Of a stretch of 32,000 bases of DNA, positions 1 through 8,011 are shown one piece after another. This DNA comes from Vibrio vulnificus CMCP6 (lineage in GTDB: Bacteria > Pseudomonadota > Gammaproteobacteria > Enterobacterales > Vibrionaceae). Below the pieces are notes generated by a model. It saw nothing but the letters and a program-made list of their open reading frames with translations, had not been told where the DNA came from and ran no database searches. Made by a program: the position numbers and the translations under genes. How positions within the stretch are numbered: the first letter of the stretch is position 1; the number at the start of each line of letters is the position of its first letter. Where the stretch lies: the NCBI RefSeq assembly GCF_000039765.1, contig NC_004460.2, positions 300,001-332,000 on the forward strand, in the 5' to 3' direction.

Positions 1-262
1 TGCCATTTAACGTGGCTGACAAATCGCCTCCGCAAATTGCCAAATGGCAATCACTCATCACTTCAAACGCAGTCTGGCCAAAGGTGATTTCGACGGAGCT
101 ACAATTGACCGAGTTACCGAGCAAATAATTTGACCAACTGTAAGCGTAATCATCCACCGGGCCACCTTGTGTCACGCCAGAATGCGCTAAGCCAAAACGG
201 CCAAAGTCTTGAATTAAACTTAGTGGGCCAGCTTTAATGACTCTTAATCCTGTTTCGCTCAT
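1..262 (-). CDS. pxpC: 5-oxoprolinase subunit C (PxpC / KipA-like), N-terminal part only; gene runs off the left edge
   Basis: Reverse translation from the ATG at 262 gives MSETGLRVIKAGPLSLIQDFGRFGLAHSGVTQGGPVDDYAYSWSNYLLGNS..., an N-terminus typical of the PxpC/KipA family. It has an ATGA start/stop overlap with pxpB. It is absent from the ORF track because the window edge truncates it. Confidence 0.8.
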   Translation of the reverse strand, partial: MSETGLRVIKAGPLSLIQDFGRFGLAHSGVTQGGPVDDYAYSWSNYLLGNSVNCSSVEITFGQTAFEVMSDCHLAICGGDLSATLNG

Positions 263-942
263 AGCATCCCTCCTAAATTCAAAAATTCTTTCTCAGAGAT
301 AGCTTTAAACGCGACAGTGTCACCAATATTAAAAGGTGTAATCGGAATATGGTTAGGTTGATAAACCTCCAGTGGCGTTCGACCAATGATGTTCCACCCG
401 CCAGGCGTCGCGCTTGGGTAAATGGCGGTTTTGTTGTCGGCAATGGCGACGCTTCCTTTTGGCACTTGTAGACGAGGTGAGCTAAGGCGTGGAAGTGAAA
501 TGCGCTCATCCACATCCGAGAGGAATGCAAACCCAGGTGTAAAACCAATCGCAGAGACTGAATAACAAGGAGTGGTATGCAGTGAAATTAGGTGTTCCAA
601 GTGAACGCCTTTTTCGACAAAACGAGGCAGATCTAACGCCGTTTCTTCACTATAAAAGACTGGAATAACATGGTGTTGTGAAGAAGTGGCAACCTTTTTG
701 TCGGCCATTTCATTCAGTAATTTTTCGATTGTTAAAATGATGGAGACTTCATCAAGTCGAAAAGGCAAATATTCCACCAGAATCGTATGATAGGCTGGGA
801 CAACATTCATTACTGCTATTTGAAGCTGCTGACCAATGGCTCCAGCATATAAACCTATTTGTTGCTCGGAAATCGCATCATCAAAATGAAGCATCAATGC
901 ACATTCGGCAACTGGGGAAATTGTGAACCATTTATTATTCAA
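259..942 (-). CDS. pxpB: 5-oxoprolinase subunit B (PxpB / KipI family)
   Basis: 227-aa ORF lying between pxpA and pxpC. TTG start at 942 is preceded by AAGGAG with a 5-nt spacer. Family recognised from the sequence and the operon context. Confidence 0.8.
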   Translation of the reverse strand: MNNKWFTISPVAECALMLHFDDAISEQQIGLYAGAIGQQLQIAVMNVVPAYHTILVEYLPFRLDEVSIILTIEKLLNEMADKKVATSSQHHVIPVFYSEETALDLPRFVEKGVHLEHLISLHTTPCYSVSAIGFTPGFAFLSDVDERISLPRLSSPRLQVPKGSVAIADNKTAIYPSATPGGWNIIGRTPLEVYQPNHIPITPFNIGDTVAFKAISEKEFLNLGGML

Positions 943-951
943 AGTTTCTCC

Positions 952-1758
952 TTACATTTTGGCTATCGCTTGGCTAATTCGTTGCACTAAGGCGATGGAT
1001 TCTGGATTGTCGCCATGCACGCAAATGGTATCGGCCTCCAAAGACAATCGAGTGCCATTGGCGGTATTGACACTGCCGTATGTCGCGATTTGTAGCGCCT
1101 GATTATAAATGTCTTCGGGTTGATGATAGACCGCATTAGCTTGGCTTCGAGGCGTGAGTTTTCCGTCCTCTTGATACTGACGATCGGCGAATGCTTCGAA
1201 TAGCAAAGGAACATCATAAATGTCAGCGATATCGAGGTAATGTTGGTTGTCGCTCGTGGCAAGAATCATCAAAGGGATGCCAAAAATCGATACCGCTTCG
1301 CAAATCGCGCGAAAAATTGCTTCACTCTCCATCATATCGTTATAAAGCGCACCGTGTGGCTTTACGTAATGAAGAGGTACATCGTGGTATTGGCAAACCG
1401 CTTTTAAGGCTCCTACTTGGTAAAGCACGATCTCGCTGATTTGAGCTGGTGTATGTGGAATAGAGCGTCGACCAAACCCAACCAAATCTTGATATCCAGG
1501 ATGAGCGCCTATTTTGACCTTGTAGTGTTTTGCCAATGCGACGGTTTTCGACATCACACTCGGATCAGAAGCGTGAAACCCACAAGCGATATTGGCCATG
1601 TCAACCCAAGGCATCACTAATTCATCGGATCCCATCTTCCAATTTCCAAAGCTTTCGCCCATGTCGCAATTTAACGTTACTCTTTGCTTATTCACTATTA
1701 TTTGAACCATCCTTGCTATTAATTTACTTAAGTTGGCTGAAAACGCGCTGAATGGCAA
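952..1758 (-). CDS. pxpA: 5-oxoprolinase subunit A (LamB/YcsF family)
   Basis: LamB/YcsF-type sequence (..VTLNCDMGESFG.., ..KIGAHPGYQD.., ..VKPHGALYN..). The start is ambiguous: TTG at 1758 (GAGG 7 nt upstream) or ATG at 1710. Confidence 0.85.
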   Translation of the reverse strand: MPFSAFSANLSKLIARMVQIIVNKQRVTLNCDMGESFGNWKMGSDELVMPWVDMANIACGFHASDPSVMSKTVALAKHYKVKIGAHPGYQDLVGFGRRSIPHTPAQISEIVLYQVGALKAVCQYHDVPLHYVKPHGALYNDMMESEAIFRAICEAVSIFGIPLMILATSDNQHYLDIADIYDVPLLFEAFADRQYQEDGKLTPRSQANAVYHQPEDIYNQALQIATYGSVNTANGTRLSLEADTICVHGDNPESIALVQRISQAIAKM

Positions 1759-1859
1759 TGATCAACCTCATCCTTTATCAATTGAACCGTGGTATTAGGG
1801 GGATGTCGAAGCGTTTCGCACCTATTTGTAACCTATAGAGCAAAAGTTGATAGATATCT

Positions 1860-2447
1860 ATGAAAGCCAATTTATTGATTAATCACCTTACTCGCCATCC
1901 TAAATATCATTATTTGTTGATTTCTCGTTCATTTTTTCATTTTTACGTCGCTTTGCTCACGCTAGCATTATTGCTCTGTTTTCAAAAAGTATTTGCTTCC
2001 GAAATTCCATCCGAATCACAACTCAAAGCAGCTGCAATTTATCAAACCTCTCACTTTGTTCATTGGCCAGATAGATCACCAGACGAGCCGATACGTTTTT
2101 GTATTAAAGGCGATAAGAAAGTGCAACAAGCATTAGAAATGATTCTAGAGAACAAGCCGAACACATCTCGTCAGTTCCTCATAAGCAACAACCTAAAACA
2201 GTGTGATTTTATCTACTTTCATGAAAAAACGCGTTTTCAGATACTGAAAGCACAGACCAATAGCACGGTGACGATAAGCGGCAAAAAAGACTTTTTGAAG
2301 ATTGGTGGCGTGGTTGAACTGACAATAACACAAGGGCGTGCAGCGATAGGAATATGCCAAAGGGCATTGCAGGAGAAAGATTTTACCGTTGATGCTTCGC
2401 TCATGCGAATCGCCGATGTAAAGGAGGCTGAAAGATGTGTTCGCTAA
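1860..2447 (+). CDS. YfiR-family (DUF4154) periplasmic protein
   Basis: Signal-peptide-like N-terminus (..ALLLCFQKVFA/SE). LKAAAIYQTSHFVHWP resembles the YfiR/DUF4154 hallmark. It overlaps the downstream cyclase gene by 13 nt. Confidence 0.65.
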   Translation: MKANLLINHLTRHPKYHYLLISRSFFHFYVALLTLALLLCFQKVFASEIPSESQLKAAAIYQTSHFVHWPDRSPDEPIRFCIKGDKKVQQALEMILENKPNTSRQFLISNNLKQCDFIYFHEKTRFQILKAQTNSTVTISGKKDFLKIGGVVELTITQGRAAIGICQRALQEKDFTVDASLMRIADVKEAERCVR

Positions 2448-4423
2448 AAAGCCTTTCCATCAAAAATAAATTATTGTTGCCCATTTTGCTGTTCGGCACG
2501 CTGATTTTTCTTATCGCACAAGGTTTTCACTTTTGGGCGAGTTACGAAAAAGATCAACAGTTGCAAAACCATAGAATCTCTATTCTTGCTTACGGCGCAG
2601 CACAAAACTTACAGGCTTCCGTGTTATTCAACGACCAAAAAGTGATGCAAGAGATTCTAGATTCGTTTTCTATCGATCCGAGCATATTGATTGTTGAACT
2701 TCGTTCTCTTGAAGGTGGCGTCCTTGCTCGTTATCAGCGTGAGATGCCTGTTAACGTTGATAACCACGTTTTATCTCTACCGTATCCTTTCGAAACCTTT
2801 ATTACCTATAGCCAACGCATAGACGTTGAACAAAACGCGATAGCGACGCTCAGTATCACCGCATCAACTCAAACGCTTGAACAAATGCTCACGCGGCTAC
2901 TCGAAAGTAGTGTGGTGTTTTTGGCCATATTACTGCTTTCCGGAAGTACTCTTTATTTGATTGTGCAAAAAGTCGTGATTGACCCGGTGTATAAACTCAA
3001 TGAGTCAATGCAAGATTTGGTTGAAGGACGAATAAAGGGTGGGTCACTGGTATCTCATTCCAGCGATGAGATGGGAGAGTTGGTGAACGCTTTTAATGCG
3101 ATGAGTCAGCGCCTTGCTCTTCGTGACAGCCAAGTGCATCACACGCTCGATCGATTGGAACACGAAAAAGCATTTGCAACGGATGTGATTGAAGCCGTTC
3201 AAACCGCGTTGTTAGTTGTCAATGAACATGGCGATATATTGCACCACAATGCTGCTGCACGGATGCTATTTCAATCAGACGCACAACGTATTGCGCAACA
3301 CAAGCTTTCCGAACTCATGCTTTGTAAAGAGCCTTCGTTCGTCGCCAATGCGTTGACTAGCAAGAATCCATTAGAGGAACGATTAGTTGAATGCAGGCTA
3401 CCAACAGGCTCCAAATTGCTGATCAAAATTTCAACACGGATATTAAGCAAGAGGAGGGCGACCCTATTTTCAATTCAAGATGTAACGGAAATTGAAACCG
3501 CGTTGAATCGTCAGCGTATCGCTGCTGGTGTATTCGAAAACAGCCAAGACGGACTTGTGGTACTTGATCATAACGGACTCATCACCATGACAAACCCGGC
3601 TGTGACACGAATGCTGGGCTATCCACAGGAAATTCTAATTGGGAAGTCATTATTAAAAGCGTTTGACTGGCAACAAATCCAAACCATTATGCCAACCATC
3701 CAAGAATCGCTGGAGCATTACGGACAGTGGCAAGGTGAGGTGCTGGAAAAACACTACAATGGCAATTTAATACCAATGTTCGCCAAAGTGAGCCGAATTT
3801 CTAAAAAAGTCGGTGTTCAAGAGGTGTTTGACATGGTGATTATCCTCTCGGATCTGTCTGGCGTAAAAGAAATGGAAAGACTGGAGTATTTAGCCCACCA
3901 TGATGCATTAACGGGCCTTGCAAATCGTGCCAAATTGCATCGTACGCTAGAAGATGAATTGAAGTTGTGCAACTTTACTCACAGCGAGTTTGCTTTACTT
4001 TATATGGACTTAGATGGGTTTAAGTTCATCAATGATACCTTTGGTCATGACGCTGGCGATCATGTGTTAAAGGTTGTATCAGAACGGTTACTTAACGAAG
4101 TTCGTAGTGGCGATTTAGTCGCGCGATTATCGGGTGATGAGTTCGTTCTTTTGATTAAGCGGGCCGATAATCATTCCGTCACTTTACTGAGTGAACGTAT
4201 TTTAGAAAGCTTGCGCCAACCTATTGAGTATTTGAATCAAACGATGCAAGTTGGCTGTAGCATTGGCGTTAAATTGGTCGGTCCACAAGAGAAGGATATG
4301 GAAAGGATCTTAAAAAGCGCTGACACCGCAATGTATAAGGCTAAGAAGTCTGGCAAAGGGCAGGCGATTTTGATCGGCTCTGAGGTCGGAGAGGCATGTT
4401 TAAGCGACGTTACTTCGGAATAA
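2435..4423 (+). CDS. Membrane diguanylate cyclase (TM - periplasmic segment - TM - HAMP - 2x PAS-like - GGDEF domain with an SGDEF active-site variant)
   Basis: 662 aa. Two hydrophobic segments flank a ~130-aa loop. The C-terminal GGDEF domain contains HDALTGLANR and RSGD-LVARL-SGDEF. AAGGAGG lies 7 nt before the ATG. Confidence 0.85.
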   Translation: MCSLKSLSIKNKLLLPILLFGTLIFLIAQGFHFWASYEKDQQLQNHRISILAYGAAQNLQASVLFNDQKVMQEILDSFSIDPSILIVELRSLEGGVLARYQREMPVNVDNHVLSLPYPFETFITYSQRIDVEQNAIATLSITASTQTLEQMLTRLLESSVVFLAILLLSGSTLYLIVQKVVIDPVYKLNESMQDLVEGRIKGGSLVSHSSDEMGELVNAFNAMSQRLALRDSQVHHTLDRLEHEKAFATDVIEAVQTALLVVNEHGDILHHNAAARMLFQSDAQRIAQHKLSELMLCKEPSFVANALTSKNPLEERLVECRLPTGSKLLIKISTRILSKRRATLFSIQDVTEIETALNRQRIAAGVFENSQDGLVVLDHNGLITMTNPAVTRMLGYPQEILIGKSLLKAFDWQQIQTIMPTIQESLEHYGQWQGEVLEKHYNGNLIPMFAKVSRISKKVGVQEVFDMVIILSDLSGVKEMERLEYLAHHDALTGLANRAKLHRTLEDELKLCNFTHSEFALLYMDLDGFKFINDTFGHDAGDHVLKVVSERLLNEVRSGDLVARLSGDEFVLLIKRADNHSVTLLSERILESLRQPIEYLNQTMQVGCSIGVKLVGPQEKDMERILKSADTAMYKAKKSGKGQAILIGSEVGEACLSDVTSE

Positions 4424-4545
4424 ACTTTGATCTAAATCGGAAATACCGCAACTTTTGAGCAAATCGCTCGCATCTTGTTGATGAACTGTTACAATTAGAT
4501 GGAATTTAATTTGTGATAAAAAATTTGTTTCTCTTTGAGGATCCT

Positions 4546-4620
4546 ATGGAACTTGCTCTAATTGTTGTTTTTATCGTTGCTTCTGTTGTGATGGTAAAAA
4601 AAGAAATGTCAAAACAATAA
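4546..4620 (+). CDS. 24-aa hydrophobic micro-ORF (MELALIVVFIVASVVMVKKEMSKQ), speculative
   Basis: GAGGA lies 4 nt upstream of the ATG. The product is a single TM-like helix with a basic tail, and a terminator follows at 4670-4697. It is too short for the ORF track. Confidence 0.25.
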   Translation: MELALIVVFIVASVVMVKKEMSKQ

Positions 4621-4669
4621 GTTATCATTCATCAACTTTTTCTCTTTGTACATTTTTGAATGAAACTTA

Positions 4670-4697
4670 AAAAGCCAGCAAATGCTGGCTTTTGTTT
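4670..4697. terminator. Bidirectional intrinsic terminator between convergent genes
   Basis: The GCCAGCA-AA-TGCTGGC hairpin is flanked by an A-run and a T-run. It sits between the micro-ORF/cyclase (+) and the receptor gene (-). Confidence 0.6.
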
Positions 4698-4707
4698 TTG
4701 TAGTTGG

Positions 4708-6848
4708 TTAGAACTCGTATTTTACACTGATGTTGTAGTTTCTCTCTGCTTGAGTTAAATCTCGACTCAGTTCTTTTTCCCCTCGAATATCGTTCCATAG
4801 GTAATATTTTTCGTTGGTCAAGTTCATGATTCCAGCTCTTACGGTAACGTCTTGTGTGGGTTTAAAGTAAGCCGTTAAGTCAATTACGGTTGCTGATGGT
4901 AGCTCTACTTGATTTGCCGTTCCGCCATTATTTCCGTCTAAATTAATGTGACTATTGGACTTTTTAGCAGTGTAATTCACTTTTATGCTTGTACCCCATA
5001 GAGTATTGGGAGCATCATAATTTACCGCACCCACTGCATTCCAAGGATTGACACTATTCAAGGGATTCCCTTCGCCATCTTCACCTACAGTGTATGCAGC
5101 TACAAAACGGGTAGTCATACCTAAAGGTAGATTAGCAATTCTGTTCAAATCCAAAGTGTTGGAGACTTCAATCCCTTTAATGGTCGCTTCACTGATATTG
5201 ACATAGGTGTATTCCGTCAAACCACCGCCTCGCGTTGAAGTTTGCTCAATGAAATCAGTGTAGTCACTATAGTAGAGAGCGATTTCACTGGTTGATGCGA
5301 TGGTATTATGACGATAACCTAGCTCATATGAGAGACTTTTTTCAGACTCGAGATTAGGGTTGGGGCGGTTAGTGTAACCATGTCCCGGATTGTCATAGGT
5401 ATAGTACAACTCATTGAACGAAGGCGCGCGAAAACCTTGGCTAATTTGTGTAAACAGTGTGCCTTCTTGCGCTACCTTGTAAGTGGCACCTAGTCGACCT
5501 GTGAATGCTGAATCACTGAATTTTATGAAGCTTTCATCTACAGTGTCTGACGGATCTGTAGAGAAATAGTCATAACGTACACCAGGAGTTAAAACTAACT
5601 TGTCGTTCAGTACGGAGATTTCATCTTGGAAGAATAGACCAAAACTCATTTCCTTCGCATCTGGCGTGTATACATAGATTTTATCCGGAGTGTTCGGATC
5701 AGAGTTAAATTCACGATTCGTGTTACTGATGCGACTTGTCTTATAAGACAAACCATAAACTAAATAGTGCGTTTCTAACTCCTTATCGAACTGGGTTTCT
5801 AACTCAATTTTATTTTCAGCATATTGATAGTCTTTTTTCTGCTGATTATCTCCATTGGGTGGAACCCTAGGTGGGACTCCTGCACTTGCTTCTTTGAAAC
5901 GGTTTGTAAGTCCGTTTTCTTCTTTATCTGTCCAAGTTAGTCTAGATGTGATGGAATCAGTGATGGTTGTATCAACAAGCCAAATGTGCTTTAGACCAAG
6001 ACGATTTTGCTTGGTTGTATCCTCAGAGTTAAAGTTTTTGTAAGAGGAGCTTGCAATATCTGAGTCATTTTGGTTGTAAATCACTTCTCCAAGAAATTCT
6101 AAACGATGGTCATCGCTCAGCTGAGATTGCAATTTGATCAACAGATCATTCTTAACGTAGTCTTGAGACTCAACTGAATAGTCGTCATACGGTGCTTTTG
6201 AAAAGTTTTGGAGTTCTTTGCCATCTCTACGAGTGTAGGCGACCAAGGCTTCAACGTTATCAAAACGTTTTGCTACGGCTACATGTTCACTAAACGATTT
6301 ATCTTCGGATGAGTATGATAGTTTGGCCTGCCCCCCGAATACTTTGCCATTTTTAAGAAAGTCAGCTGGATCTTTCGTTTCGAATGCCACAACACCGCCA
6401 ATCGCATCGCTTCCATGCAAGCTAGATGCTGCGCCTTTTACGATCTCGACACTTTTAAGCATATCCGGATCAACCGAGACTGCGCTTGAATTGATAAAAG
6501 AGTAGGGACCGCCATCAAACACGCCTGGCTGAGATGCTCCGTCAACCAAAATTTTAACTCTTTTACCCTCCATTCCCCTAATATTGATACTTTGAACACC
6601 CTTGGCGCCTGTGTACTATTGATAGTTACCCCTGGTGTATATTCAAAAACATCATTGAGATCTTTGGCCATCTTACTTTCAAGATCTTTATCAGAGATAA
6701 CGGTTACTGATGCAGCGACTGCGTCCATAGTTTGATTCGTACGTGTTGCAGAAACAACAACTTCATCAAATAAACCAGCATCTTGTGCTTGTACTGGCGT
6801 AGCGAGAGCGAATAGTATTGAGGCTGAAAGGAACGTTCTGTTGTACAT
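4708..6848 (-). pseudogene. TonB-dependent heme/hemoglobin outer-membrane receptor, disrupted by a frameshift near 6610-6611
   Basis: Track ORFs 6438..6848 and 4708..6573 are one gene. The first carries the signal peptide, the TonB box DEVVVSATR and the start of the plug; the second carries the barrel ending ..NISVKYEF. The reading ..TPGVTINST continues as GAKGVQSINIRGMEGKRVKILVDG in another frame (net 1-nt loss or 2-nt gain). A FRAP box (5422-5433) and an NPNL box (5350-5361) with an intervening His form the heme-receptor signature. Confidence 0.75.
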
Positions 6849-6904
6849 TTTTACTACCTTAAATCCATAGTAGGCGAATAATTGTCGCTATGATATTGGA
6901 TGCT

Positions 6905-6923
6905 AATGATAATTACTATCATT
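6905..6923. promoter_or_regulatory. Fur box
   Basis: AATGATAATTACTATCATT is near-palindromic and close to the Fur consensus GATAATGATAATCATTATC. It lies ~55 bp upstream of the receptor start codon in the divergent intergenic region. Confidence 0.7.
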
Positions 6924-7075
6924 CGTAAAAATATTTTTAACCTGGCTCTTATGTCGTTCCGCGTTTCTTAAAATGAAAAATTACAAAATATCAATACGAT
7001 ATACTGAGAATGATGAATTTATAGCGCCACTTTACAAAATTCACATCTGTGATCTTGATCACCAAAGGAGTTGAA

Positions 7076-7963
7076 GTGCAAAGCCCCATAACCTTGGAAG
7101 CATTACATATCTTAGATGCCATCGACAGAAGAGGGAGTTTTGCTTCCGCTGCCAATGAGCTTGATCGCGCTCCTTCGTCTTTGAGTTATCAAATTCAAAA
7201 GCTTGAGCAAGATCTAGACATCATGATTTTTGATCGTTCTGGCCACAAAGCGAATTTCACAGACGCTGGTCGACTTATCTTAGAACGTGGCCGCACGATT
7301 CTCGCTGCAACAGAAAAACTTGTTAACGACGCGACACTGCTAGCCAATGGTTGGGAACTGGATATTTCCATCGCATATGATGGCATTATCGGTATTCACC
7401 ATTTTTTTTCGCTTGTAGATGCGTTAGGGAACGTGAGTAAAACCAGAGTCAGATTACAGGAAGAAATTCTTGCAGGCTGCTGGGAATCCCTTCAATCCGG
7501 CAGGGCAGATTTGCTCGTGTGTCCAAAACTAGAAGTCCTGCCACATGACGTGAAAGCAGACACCATTGGAAAAATGAGTATGACTTGGGTGGCGGCACCC
7601 AATCATTACGTCCACAAACGAAGTGGTGAGTTTAATGATACAGCAAGAGAGAAGTACCGCATTATCGCTATCGCCGATACTGCACGTGAGCAACCGGCTA
7701 TTACGGTCAATATCATCCAGAAACAACCGAGATTAACCGTCACTAATCTTCAAGCCAAAGTTGATGCGCTTGTCACTGGCCTCGGAATCGGCACACTACC
7801 CACAGATATCGCAACTCCATTGATCGAAGCAGGCAAGCTCAAGGAAATCGAAGGTGCAGAGCAGCAACATCTAGAGATCATTCTGGCTTGGAAGCGCAAC
7901 CAAATGGGAGAAGCGAAATCCTGGTGTATTCAATATTTGAAGAAAAACTGGAAGCTAAAATAA
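7076..7963 (+). CDS. LysR-family transcriptional regulator, divergent from the heme receptor (HupR-like arrangement)
   Basis: N-terminal wHTH (LEALHILDAIDRRGSFASAANELDRAPSSLSYQIQKLE) plus a LysR substrate-binding region. I moved the start to GTG 7076 (AAGGAG 5 nt upstream) from the track start at 7049. Confidence 0.85.
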   Translation: MQSPITLEALHILDAIDRRGSFASAANELDRAPSSLSYQIQKLEQDLDIMIFDRSGHKANFTDAGRLILERGRTILAATEKLVNDATLLANGWELDISIAYDGIIGIHHFFSLVDALGNVSKTRVRLQEEILAGCWESLQSGRADLLVCPKLEVLPHDVKADTIGKMSMTWVAAPNHYVHKRSGEFNDTAREKYRIIAIADTAREQPAITVNIIQKQPRLTVTNLQAKVDALVTGLGIGTLPTDIATPLIEAGKLKEIEGAEQQHLEIILAWKRNQMGEAKSWCIQYLKKNWKLK

Positions 7964-8011
7964 ACGTTGATGTGAAGAAAGCGGCTTTGACAGCCGCTCT
8001 CGTCGGTCCGC

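Noticed and set aside
6438-6848. Treating 6438..6848 and 4708..6573 as two separate genes
   Set aside because: The first ORF's tail (..QAPRVFKVSILGEWRVKELKFW..) is out-of-frame read-through. Together the two pieces reconstitute one canonical TonB-dependent receptor with a single frameshift.
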